A stretch of 64,000 bases of DNA from Botryllus schlosseri (lineage: Eukaryota), in NCBI GenBank assembly GCA_051294905.1, contig CM119386.1:17670001-17734000 (forward strand). Reading direction: 5' to 3'. Of this stretch, positions 35,725 to 48,240 are shown piece after piece. The notes beneath the pieces are model-generated. The model searched no databases and was not told the DNA's origin. It saw only the letters and a program-made list of their open reading frames with translations. Position 1 is the stretch's first letter; each line of letters begins with the position of its first letter. The translations under genes and the position numbers were made by a program.

Positions 35725-38700
35725 TCACGACAGAAGTGAAATCAGTATGAGGGTTATGCTCGCAAACATGAAACACACGCCAAGGAAAGCGAGAGTCATG
35801 CACTGAAAGTAGAAAAGAAAATGCCTTTCTTTTAATACGAAATAGTAGGGATGGTGTGAACCTCTGAAAGGTTCAGGTTCGTGTGAACGCGAACCTTTTT
35901 GAAAGGTTCTGTGTGAACACGAACGTGAACCTCGTGACGTCACGTGACGTCATTTTGCTAATTTCATCTCTATCTTTCAATGAAACGATAACCTATATTA
36001 ATGTACAGTACACGATACCTAGCGACGACTCGGGCCTCATAAGGCCGCAATGCTGAAGTACATATTGGTGTTTTAAACGCCGCTAAATGTATCAACTGAG
36101 GCAATCAAAGGATATAATACTCCCATAAAATCAATATCTTCCGTCGCTTTGCCAACAATTTCGACAAGGACATACGAAGAAATAAAAGCTTACGCCTTGA
36201 AGGTCTAGGCCAGACCGGACAATGTATTCGGCGTCTGGGTATTGCTACATTGATATTGAGCAGAGTGTAAAACGGGTTTCTATACTTGCTACAGATATCA
36301 CCCCATTAACAAGTTCTACAGCAGTAGCCAACACTTCAATCGCACGGATTTGGTTTTAATGATACAGTAAAGATATGAATTCAAGATTGACCCCGTACGC
36401 CTGCTAGATTTTTTGCATCAGAAAACGATATCAATCTCATTGATTGGTTGAATAAGCATCATTCGCTGACCACGTATTCGGCTCGTGATGTTGTGTGATT
36501 GCGGCTCAAGCTCGCAGCAGAGTGTCACTAAATATCCACAAACGGAAAGCTGGATATTTCGAGCAAACTATTGTAACAAAGCAAGTAAAACTTTTGACAT
36601 TGTCAAGGTGCATGTTCGTTTAGTGTTGATTTTTAATGCTGCCAGCGCCATACATAGAGTGGCCCGCAGTTGAAATATAATAAATTTGAACCAAAGATGT
36701 TACAATGAAGTGAAAATTGTAATCTATGAAAAAGGTTCACAGTGCAGAACCTAACGAGGTTCTGTTGTGAACGCGAACCTCTAAATTTCCGAGGTTCACA
36801 CACAGAACACGAACGTGAACCTCGCGTTCACACCATCCCTACGAAATAGTATGCCTATACTGACATTGCGCTAAATGTAGGCTACATATGCTAAGTGATA
36901 TTGTTATATAAACCATAATATACAAGCGGACCACTGTGCATTATGCCTTAACTGACAGTTCCGTTAACTACGAGTGTATCCTGACAGCTACCCTGAGCTA
37001 ACTAGATAATTCATTCATTTATTAATTCATATTTACGAGACTCTGATTTGATATGAAATTTTGTTGTATTTTTTTCAAATTCGGAATAGAATTCAATTTT
37101 TAAATTTTTCCCGAGTTCAGCAATGCTTATTCTAATCTAATTTGAAAACAGAAATCGTGTAACTAAAATTAGAACTCGAATCTAAATTTCTAGTTGTCCC
37201 GCGCTGTTCGGCATAATACGACATCGCGTGACAAAACCATATCAAATAATTAAGTTTTAAATACATAAAGGTCATTTTACTTTGTGCACTTAGCACGGCT
37301 CGTATGCTTCAGGTAGGGGATGCACTTACCATGATCATCTTCGGGGAACGCATCTTATCAACTCCGAGACGCAGATAAAACAGAGAAGGCAGGACTATGA
37401 CGAGCATGGATGCCGAGGTAGCTCCGACTACGCCGAAAACGATACGGATGGACGGCACGTAGATTACGAGCAGGTCCGCTGAAAAATTGAGTCAACACTC
37501 GTGAATCTCGATAATACTGCAATTGAAATGTCAGTGTGTATATAGAGAAGGTCAGTTACGCTAAGGAAGTACATCTGCCATTCGGAGTGCTCTAATAATT
37601 TTTTCGATAGATTACTTACCAAGAGGTTGTGTTTTTACGCCACTGCACAATTGATTAGGCAATACTGCTGATGTTTTACACATTGGACTTTGCAAAGTAG
37701 AAAGCCGTTTGAGGATATGAGTCACTTGTATGAGCTCAATGGTCATTGCAACTGGTCGAAATCACAGCTGTTTCACGGTTACTGAATCGAAGATTCTACC
37801 TATTTGCAGCGTCATTCGTCATTTTGCGTTAACCGTTAAGAAGCATCTTATATTTTGAAAGTAGCCAACACCTCCGATTACTTGTTAAAAGTACGCTATG
37901 CTATCTCTCGTCCAAATCTACCTCTATCTTGAGCAGTTTGACGTTCTTGATTCTCTGCTCCCATTTGAAGTAGCTTTGAAAGGTATTAGAAATCTCCACT
38001 TCTACTTGTAAACGATTAGAAAGGTAAGGCGTGACTTATACTTTAGCACCAACGCTGACTATACTTTAACTATAACAGCTTGAAGGTTTGGACTTTACTT
38101 ACTCAGAGTCAGCAAGAAGAGCATTATTCCGAGATGTCTGATCCAGGAGAATGGCTTGTCCGGGAAGAAGAGATTTTCAATAGTCTTTCTCGACTGCAAA
38201 AGAGAATTACGTGATATCTCCGCGTAGTCAATGGCAGACCAGGATCAAAAGACACTTGCGCCCACTTCAAAACGATTAAGAATATTACGATTATTGTTGC
38301 GATGTGTTGTATTCATTATTATACTTTGAGTACTATGGACAAAATAGGCGGATTTTTTTCGATTTCCACCCGTGTACGACCCCTGATATACGGGTGTGAA
38401 CGTCTCAGATTTATACCACGGAATAGAACCAGTACAACATTTAATCCAAATTATACATGCACGTAAGAACGTAGGAAGGTATATGCAAGTGGGCAAGTAG
38501 GATTTATCACCATGGTATAATTCTGAATTAGTTTATGTTTTCGTACACCACCCTTTTCGTAGGGCGTGGTATGGTATGGTATGGTATGGAAGTATGGTAT
38601 GGTATGGTATGCAAGTATGGTATGGTATGGATCGATATTTTGGTACGGAATATGGAACAATGCAAGTATGGTATGGAATGGAAGATTTTAATGTATGGTA

Positions 38701-41700
38701 TGGAACGACATTTCCATACTTCCATACATTAGTGTTTTATACATTTTATCGTGATCTGTGCAAGCTTCATGAAGCGTACGTTGTTCGTTGTTCACGGAAT
38801 ACGATCGCTTTTGTTATGTGTGAACGTGAACTATCGAACGCTGTGTAGGAACAAATACACGCTTGTGCAACGGTTTTAGGAGCACTTGGAATGACATGAT
38901 TTTGTGATGTAATAACGACAATAGTAATGTTGATCTGATATTCTCTCGAGTCTAGACACGACGTCTCCGAGCATAGTCTATCATGTGACGCAATAATTGG
39001 TAATGTAGGCTACTCCAACTACCTCATTCCTTGAGTGACGACAGCTTACAAGCAATTATGACGCAAGGAACTAAATCCTCAATGTGATTGATAATTACAT
39101 TTCTTCCGAAACATTGTCCGCACATCTATACTATTTACATACCGAGATATCTTTTATTGGTCTTATTTCAAACGATCTCGCATTAGGATTATAGATCAGG
39201 GAGTGGGGTAGATATAGTTTGGAATTCTCCCCACGCTATCCCCAACCAAATACTGTACTATTAATCACGCAGATCGCTGCAGTATTGATCGCCTGCAGCT
39301 GCGATATTTTATGGGTGCGCCTATATTATAAATTATTTTGCGAGCATTTACTTTACACTTGCATGTGCCTCATGCCAATGTACCGGAAATGAGATGATAT
39401 CCTTATGGAACAGGGGCGGGCAACTTCTCCAGTCGGCGGGCCTGAAATAGGAAAATTAGGTACTTTGCGGGCCGGATTGCTGAATGGATAAATTATTCGC
39501 CCATGTATACAAGGAATAAATCGTATTTAATGAAAGTATTTTATCGATAGCAATGTCACGTCAAAGCCATTTCTCGCCGATAATGACTATACGATGTTGA
39601 TTTGAGAATAGCATTGTCATACAGGCGCCGCCGTGTCTGCTTCTCTCTGATCACGGTGCAATCCTTAATTAAGATTTCAAAGCGTTTGATAAGCCCGGTA
39701 CCCAAAGTTTACCAAGAATCAATTCATTAGGGTTCAGCACATCGTAAATGCCGATAATGCAAGTCTTCTCGCTTCGACGAACTTACGCGTAAGCTCCACT
39801 CTCGCACGCTGCACAGTGCGCACACCTATATAATAACATACAGTCACTAAAATTTGACGTTTAGGCAAGTACGGGTGAATCTTGGCAGACTGGGGCCGCG
39901 GGTCACATTATTATGTAAGAAGGAAACTGTCCGCGGGTAGGAAAACATCATGTTGCCGGCCGCATCCGGCCCGCGGGCCGTATGTTGCCAGTAGGGCTGG
40001 GCAAAATCGAGTACCTGAGTGATTCGATTCTGAATCACGTATAACGCTTCGAGTCGAGTATTCGAGTATCATTCATTATGACGTCACAACAGAATGTACC
40101 AAGTCAATCTTCAAATATGTACCTTTTATGCCACCACAAAGAACACAATGCCTGTTATCCATCACATAAAAGATACTTTGATATTTTTTCGACCATACCG
40201 ATTTCATTGAACTTGTTGACAATGTTGTGGGATGACCATGACTTCGGAAATGTGTTATTTCCAGTAACGTTCGTAGTTTTGTACTATGCCTCGTATGCTG
40301 CGACACGGCCAATCAGGGTTTCAAGGCTTCCTCGGTGGAAAATAGTATCAAAGCTATAATACTCGTTAGTAAATGAACTTTCAGTTGCAAGCGCCGTATA
40401 ATGTCAGTACTCGAAATAATCGTATTTTACTACTCGACTCGAATCATTAAAATTAATACTCGATTCAGATTCGAGTACTCGAATCATTATGCCCAGCCTT
40501 AGTTGCCAGCAGTCCCTTTTATGGACAGTCCTAGACTCCTAGATAACAATCTGCTCACTATCTCATTTTGCTCGCGGAAGCTGTAGAGTAGACGTACACG
40601 GCACCTCACCAAAACAGACTCTGTAAAACTATTACCAGGAATTAGATTCGCATTAGATTCGCTAGTTTAAGCAATAATGACATCCGAGATATCAATAATA
40701 TAGGTGCTATAAAAGGTACTATACTTATAATATTGAAGTATTTGAAAGTATGGAATGTGTATCAAGTATGGTATGGAACAATGTTGGAATGGTATGGAAA
40801 ATTGCAAGTATGGTATGGAGAGAGTAAGGCAAGTATGGACTATGGAAAATTCTCGTTCCATACCATACCATACCATGCCCTGCCTTTTCGGCCCTTTGAG
40901 AGTGAAGACGCACCGTTTTCGCTGAATGTATTTTTTACCCGTAGATTTACAGTGTACAGACAAAGGGTTTCTAATTTCGCTATAAACTTCAGGAAAATGT
41001 TGCGTAATGGATATACTCACCGGAAAATGTAGCAATGGCGTAGAAAATATAACGCAGATAAGCACCATAAGCCTGGCTAACAGGATGACAATGTTGTTGG
41101 GATCGTAGACGCTGTACATCAGCAATAACTCAGGTCCAACCGCATCTAGAAATAAATTAGTTACTGCTCGTGATTTGAGGCATATTAACCAGGCTTCGTA
41201 CGCAAGATGTCCCACTAGAGCGCACACGCACACGTCGCACATGCTAGAACTATTATTGAAAGCTTTTTAAAATAAGATTGCAATTAGAATTATAGCTACC
41301 CTGTGTTTTTTAGAATTACGGGATTCGCAAAAACAAAAATCGAGTTCAGTTCATATCAAATCAGAGTCTGTCCTCATAAGCACGAGGATGGCAAATGTCT
41401 GTACATTGAGCTGGGCTTGTTTCGCACTATATGCCTACAGCTCATCTGCATCCTTTTCAGGAAAACTAGAAATAAGATTAGAATTAAAATGAGAGCATAG
41501 AAACAATTCACAAATTAGATTGGAGTTAAATTACCGGCATTTCGCTCTAATTAGTCTACTTAGACACATCTAATTACCTAGTTGTCCAAGTCTACCTTGA
41601 ACGGCCGATAGAGGTAAAGATAATCCTAGGAGCAATATACTCACTGAAGAATGTGAGGTAACCAAACAGCGAGGCGATAAAGTAGAGCGCAAATACGTTT

Positions 41701-44700
41701 CCGATCGACACGACTGCCACTGCTTGCATCCGGCCTTTAGTTGGGTTTTTCAACTCCAGGTAGATCGGCAGAACGGATGCGTGGCATTGGAAAGCGAACA
41801 CCATCGTGGGCACAGCATAAGCGCTCTGTAATTAGAAGATAATAGTTGGTAAAGCTCAATGGACATCGCAACTGTTTGTAATGTTTTATGTAGTTGTACA
41901 ATGTACAAATTCATGTTTTAGTATCAATATAATTTCATCATTTCAAAACACCACAAGAATGGATTCAATGAAAAGATAGTAAGGTGTCGAAGCGACTTGG
42001 AGGCGATGTAAATGAGGCAATGCACACTGGGTGTAAAGCAATAAGGAATAACAGAAGAAGTGATTGACCATGGCGTTTTTCGTCAATTGACAAGCACTGA
42101 TTACGAAAATATAAATTTTATTTCGCTCGCGTCCCTGGAACCCCCACAATCAGCCTCGAATTTTTCATTGTTATGGAGATTGGCATTGGGACGCAATAAT
42201 GCTGTCTGGCTCTTTTTCTCTTGAGCTACTCTCTCGTTTCGCCAGACAGCATTGTTGCGTCCCAATGCCAATCTCCATAACAATGAAAAATTCGAGGCTG
42301 ATTGTGGGGGTTCCAGGGACGCGTGCGGAATAAAATTTATATTTTCGTAATCAGTGCAGAGTCAGCTTTCGATCGATATCCGTTTAATCAAATTGAATGC
42401 TCGGCAAGCCGGTCAAAAATGACCGTCAAATTGCCTGTAGCCAAATGGAAATTGTGACGTGATACAATTTCGCTGAGGCGTGAGATTTACTTGTGTCGAC
42501 ACCATATAGGACACTATGGTGCAAGTATAGAAAAAGCCAACTTAAGCACTTCTGAAAGGTAGAAGTACGTCGTTACTATAAGGTTGCATATAAAACGAAT
42601 GGTGTTTTATAACTTTGTTTAAATAAAACAATACTGTGTTTTTCTGTTATATAACGTTGTTTAATTATGCCATAATTGAGTAGATACTTTTATAAAAAAA
42701 TAGTAATATGGGCCTTGCAGACGATTTACACCCAATAAAGTCGAAGTACGATGTGGAATAGCTGGAATCTTCGAGGTCATCGTCGGTTCAACAGTTATAG
42801 CACGTAGTTATAGATCATCTGTACGGATTACGGAATTAGTGTTCTGTTGATGATGACCGCCGACCGAAAAAATGCTGCATAACGATGTAGTCCGGTTGAA
42901 GTTATGTTTGGTTCGTTTATGACAGGGTTCGGAAGCCTTTTTCGTCAAAGGAGCCATATTTACCCTATATATTGTCAATGTCAATCCACTGTGATATCAC
43001 GAACAATGGTTCGTGACGTCATTACTAAAAAACATGTTATAAACTAGGACTACGTTTATTTTAAATTGATTTTTGGATTAAATGTAACGCTAGTCATTAC
43101 TGACCAGTGACCACCTCTGATTTTGGCATTACATTTATCTCCACATATCGGCTACCTTTGAATTAATCGTAAAGGCTTCCGCTTCGCATGTCTGATGCTG
43201 GAGTGCTTCGTCTAGTTCCGCGACCAGTGAGTTCCGATGTGAGCATTCGACGCCGGCAGTGACGTTGCTGTTTTCCACGATCGCCTGCGCCGTCTGATTC
43301 AGAATCGGAGCTATTGTAGCTGAAATATCAATAATAATTTAGTGTCCAGTGGGATATCGCGTAGTTATTGTGGTGCTGTATCTTTTACATGCGTATAGGT
43401 TTGGATGCGTGAGGTGAGTAGGCCTACCAGATGTGTTCAGTAACGTGTTCAGCCTACTTGCAATAAATACTTAATTAGTTAAGTTTTCAAACTACTTCCA
43501 CTTCTGCGTGACAGTTTTTTACTTAAAAGTATTTGCCTTCTGTACTTTTGCATTACGTAAAATAGAAAGTAGTTTTGCGATATGTTTTCATTGTGTGATT
43601 ATCTCTTACTACTATCTCTCTCTCTAATAGTTTCCCTAAACGCATGAGCGATCTCGTCTTCTTGTTGTTGTGATTGTGCGTCGTGCGTGCATGTATGTAT
43701 TAGCACCCACGTCTTGTGAGTTGTTGGAGCAATAAGGATTAGGCTAGTCGATGCAACTGTTCTTTTGTATTTCAGTTTGATCATTTATTACGGTATTTAA
43801 CCTATGAATAAATGCAAAGTTGCACATTCATCACTTTTGCCAGTGAAATTGCCATGACGACCCGGTGGAATAGGCCCTGCATCACGATAACTGTATATAT
43901 TTTCGACATTCGCACCGTAGTGTAATCAGTCATTTTGCGTTGTCTCGAAGAGTAATCTTGAAATTTCGAAAGTTACAATACGCCCTCCTATTAGTCGAGC
44001 ACTTTCCGACCTTTCATTTCACACTCTACTTGGAATAATTTTGAAATGTCTGTAAAACCACTGCTGCTACCTGTAGTTAAGTAGTAATTTAAGGCATTAA
44101 ACTATTTCTAATTTAGTAGGAATGTCGACTACTGTGACTACTTTTGGTAACCCATAAATGGTGCATTATTGTATTGAATATTATGATTGTCTCGTACTGA
44201 AGAATCACTATAGCAGTCAATGTCACAGTCGATGGTCAAGGCAATGACGTGACATCACAGATCGATTTAGACGTTACAGATAGAATTAACAGAACAGCGT
44301 CTATAATATTGAAAAAAATGATGCGAGGATATAGAAGAGAATCTTTAGCTGTGATCACAACGTTTGTGCTACTATCCATAATCTCATAAGAATCGACTCA
44401 CTTGATAGCACCTCGTCGTGGACAACGTCGGTAATATTCGAGCCATAAATCGGGCATGGTATTATGAATTTTTCCACGACAATCTACAAAACAACGAATT
44501 GAAATTGAAAAGAAGACAAATATCTACAATATAACAGATTTCAGGTAAATTTCCTAAAAATATATACCTTGGTCATTGCTGGGGTTGTACAGAAATAGGT
44601 TTTTATCAAATTTTACTGGGTAGTTGCCCATAGAAGCGCGGTAAATCCTGACAACGCAAAAGTTTTATGAGCTTGCCAATAAAATTTGAAAAAAAAATCC

Positions 44701-47700
44701 AGAACTTTTTACTTTAATATCTACGCTTCTACAGGTTGGAGGGGAGCCAAATTTGATGTACACGCGGGCGGACATGTGTGTTTATGTCAATTTATGCAAC
44801 ATTCTTTCAATTTCCGCGACTGTGTGGTTGCCTGTGAGCTAGAGATGTATACGGGTCATGGTTTTTCAGGATCCGGATCCTATCCTATTCGATAAAATGG
44901 CATCCTGATCCAATCCGGATACTGTTTCCCTTTCAAACAGAAAGTCACTTTCGTGAACTATAAATTTAGAATCCTGTCCTGATCCAGATCCAACAGTTGA
45001 GTAAAAATGAAATCCGAATCCGGTCCTGTTTGAGAAACACTTGCCGGATTCTTGCCCGATTAGAATCCAAAATGCTTATCCTGTACATCTCTACTGTGAG
45101 CCAGAGACCATTTCATGAAATCAACGAATGTAAGATGTACACGCCGCTATACTCACCACAACGGTGAAAAAGATCATGCAAGCCATCGCGAATCCAGACG
45201 TGTATCCCAGGAAGCCTATATTTTTCGCCGACGCCAACGGCATGATGATAACCACGGTCACGAGGACAACGATGATGTCACCGTTCAAGTACCACGCACT
45301 GCGAATGAGAACTGCCTTGAAAATATCATTGTTTTGCTACTTAATTGACATATACTCACTCGGAACATTCGGGTGACTGGGTGAGCGTGCTTATGACCTC
45401 AGGAAGCTCGTATTTGACAATGAACAGGAAACTACACATTGCTGCAGACGCAGAGATATCAGACCAATTAGGAAGCAATAATTTTCACAACGTAGAGAAT
45501 ATTTCTCACCTCCGAGGGTATGCGTAAATATACAAAACACCGTGACTAGCTTTCCTCCAATACCAAATGCTTGTTCGCCAATCGCCTCGTACGCTGTGAT
45601 CCCAGTTAGATCGCACATGTCCAGCAGAAGGCGGATGCTCGTAAAGGCGAGCACTGCTACCAGGATAAGAAGTATCCTATGATAACACCAGAGGTAGCTC
45701 AAATAGTCACCGTTACTATACTCAAGTAGAAGTAGAAGAAGCAGAGTTTCTACTCGATTACAAGTATAAAGAAGTGTTAATGGAGACGTCGCCTACTTTA
45801 ATAGCCAATGGAATGGCTACTTCGTAAATTTCGAACAATGACAAGTTTGCAAGTAGGCAGAGTACCATTAATTGAGTACTTCACAATAATAGAGGCATAT
45901 CGGTACTGACGATACAAGTCGCAGCAATCATCGAAAATTCTGCAGTTACTGCGATGACTCTCATGAGTATATCAGGGGTTCTCAACTCAACCTCCGGTCC
46001 GTGTCAAGTTTCCTGTCGGTTCGCCAAATATTTTCGAATTTTCTATCTCAATTCCAAAATGCAAGATGTTGGACGCTTGTTCATCGGTTAGAGAAATAAA
46101 ATATCACATTTTGAATCGATGTAGTATAGTTTGGAACGTGTTTTCTACGTCGCATCGTAACAGAGAGTTCTACTAAAGGCGTACGATATGTCACGATGGT
46201 GCAAGTGTCGTACGAAACTGTTTAGGAGTAGCCTACGACTCCTTTCGGACGAGTTATATGTGAAAGCTAAGGATAATTTTAAACAAACTTCGTTGAGATT
46301 TCGACAGTGCAATTATGCGACACTTGGCCCTAATAAGATATGTCAGAGCTAACACCAATGTCTCATTTCGTTCAAAGAATACCGAACAATCACAGTCAGG
46401 TATTCAGAAGGACTTCACAAGCTTCGCTTTCCAGAAACTTCATTAGAACCACTTATGATGAATATCTAGTGTCAAAAAGGCAGCAATGAATGAATATTTT
46501 AATATTACATTTGAGTTGCATATACATTTGTGGTCATGAAATTTAGGGTTTATTTTGATTTTTGAAGTTTTACCGGTCCGCGACGTCAAAGAGGTTGAGA
46601 ATCACCTGTACAGATAATCATGATACAAACTTATCTCAAATTCTATTTTTCGAAATCCGTAGCTCAAAAAGCAAGTAGTTTTGCATAAAAACCTGTTCAA
46701 GTAGAAACGGCAGTAAGAAAAAAAAACATAACCACTTGAGTAAATATACAGCGAGTAGGCGAAACCTACTTGAGTACTCCGAAAATTATACAAGTAATTC
46801 GTTACTGCCTACTTCTGGATAAGACAATAACCTGCAACGTTGTTTAGGTGACAATAAAGGTACCTATGTGATATGGTATATGTCGTAGTCCCTGCTTAGA
46901 ACACGGAAACAAAGTACCTCAAGTTCTCGATTATGCTCAGATTTACTGCTAATAGTTAACATAAACGCACTAACGTGAATAGCATATATCCCAAGTTTGC
47001 GAAGGCATTGGCCAGTCCAAGTATTCCGCTTCCCAATATTGCGTTCATCAGGTTGAAGACGCATAGAGCAAAATGCGCGGTCTTCCCGTCATACTGACTG
47101 GCCCTTCGTTCTTTCAAAAAGGCCATCTCTTCTTGGGTTGGCCTTCTTCCAGACCTGAAGTGAAGAATATAGATTGTACATGGTTTCGTAAAAATGTTAC
47201 TATTTTGAGTCCATAACGACAAAACCGATAATTAGAGCTATATTCAGCCCATATTCATAAAATATAGCATCCAGCTTACGGTGCATTTCCAAAACTTCAA
47301 TGGATTTATTGGAACAGCTACGCAGCCATCTCTTTGCTTGGACATAAAATATTCTAAAAGACCGCATCTGGCCGTCTGTAAGCTATAAGAAATAAATCAA
47401 TATTCCTAGGCCAGTAGTCGCATAGTTCTCGGACCCCGTACTATCATGGCATGAAATATAGGCCTACTATGGAAATGATCAGTCTGGCTCTAATTATTGT
47501 GTGCATGTAGTGACGATCAAAGGGACAGGGATATCTAGGTATCTTGATATCCCTGTCAAATTAAGGGATGGGTCTACATTCTACAATCTACATCCCATAA
47601 ACTATATTGAAAAATGCAGCACATAAATCAGTTAAGTTTCGCTTCTAGAAGGTAAAGCTGATGTCTGAAATTTAACTCGACACGCAGGTAGGCCTATTAA

Positions 47701-48062
47701 TGCAACGTTGCGCTGCGTCGCGCACATGAACATTTTCCAAGCAGCTCAGCGTTCAAAATTCTTACAAAACTACAAATTCACATGTTTACATATTTAGGAC
47801 AAGGTCAACGCGTTGGAAATTACTCTTCAGGTAAACAGAAGACAGCTTTCACTTCATTAAGCATACAACGTTGCTGGATCTCTTGAATGCGAGTAGCAGT
47901 TACATTTGACACGCAGAAACATAGCGACGATTTACCTTGCTTATACATGAGTGTGACAATACAGTATACTCAATTCATGGCTCAGAAAGAATCTTATCAT
48001 ATCGCGCATGCATAAAACTCTACTCACTTGAAGTTTTTCATCGGCATTCCCTTGTCGTCCAT
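35725..48062 (-). CDS. SLC38A6: SLC38 family sodium-coupled neutral amino acid transporter, SLC38A6-like (12 coding exons, 491 aa)
   Basis: Exons 48028-48062, 46975-47154, 45510-45676, 45360-45441, 45157-45298, 44402-44483, 43156-43319, 41645-41825, 41021-41145, 38103-38193, 37330-37478 and 35725-35802 are GT-AG and phase-consistent (1476 nt). Motifs include [53 protein letters not shown] and FSWIRH. The paralogue assignment is tentative. Confidence 0.92.
35846..36841. mobile_element. Full-length hAT MITE in the last SLC38 intron
   Basis: TIRs TAGGGATGGTGTGAAC / GTTCACACCATCCCTA and perfect 8-bp TSD CGAAATAG. Confidence 0.92.
39411..40518. mobile_element. Nested hAT MITE
   Basis: Left TIR CAGGGGCGGGCAAC, a degenerate right TIR, and TSD TTATGGAA / TTATGGAC. 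Confidence 0.7.
39992..40501. mobile_element. hAT MITE (10813-11328 family) inserted in the right TIR of 39411-40518
   Basis: TIR TAGGGCTGGGCA and perfect 8-bp TSD GTTGCCAG. Confidence 0.9.
42094..42518. mobile_element. Collapsed derivative of the Galileo-like foldback
   Basis: It has an intact right end ...CCATATAGGACACTATG and an internal ~115-bp inverted repeat matching the 13223-15349 arms. The left terminus is missing. Confidence 0.8.
44840..45093. mobile_element. hAT MITE with GGATCC/GGATT repeats
   Basis: TIRs TAGAGATGTA / TACATCTCTA and perfect 8-bp TSD CTGTGAGC. Confidence 0.9.
45973..46608. mobile_element. Probable hAT MITE
   Basis: Imperfect TIRs CAGGGGTTCTCAAC / GTTGAGAATCACCTG. 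No TSD match. Confidence 0.5.
47526..47555. mobile_element. 30-bp hairpin mini-element, same ends as 13601-13636
   Basis: CAGGGATATC-TAGGTATCTT-GATATCCCTG. The left flank TCAAAGGGA recurs on the right as TCAAA[TTAA]GGGA. Confidence 0.6.
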
Positions 48063-48145
48063 TCTTTTTTCGTAGGCCTCTGCCGTGTACAGCACCTATT
48101 GGAGAAAACACGCACTGACAACAGATTGAAAGACGCACAAGTTAC

Positions 48146-48240
48146 CTGAACGGAAACCTCGATTTGCAACCCGTGCAATATTGCGAGTCGCAGATGATAA
48201 GCAGGCGCGAACGGTAACGGGTGCACAATGGTAGCAATTA
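48146..48240 (-). other. Probable non-coding first exon of the SLC38 gene
   Basis: Donor CAG|GTAACT, a 50-bp intron (48096-48145) and an acceptor at 48095. An in-frame stop lies upstream and there is no in-frame ATG. The upstream boundary is unknown. Confidence 0.45.

Larger units (their letters stand above)
38560..40882. mobile_element. hAT element with (ATGGT)n subterminal arrays, hosting nested hATs
   Basis: Ends TAGGGCGTGGTATGG / CCATACCATGCCCTG and perfect 8-bp TSD CCTTTTCG. Confidence 0.85.

Noticed and set aside
38451-38848. YHTIP / MVWYG repeat proteins, also at 40667-41032
   Set aside because: They are translations of (ATGGT)n subterminal arrays of a hAT element.
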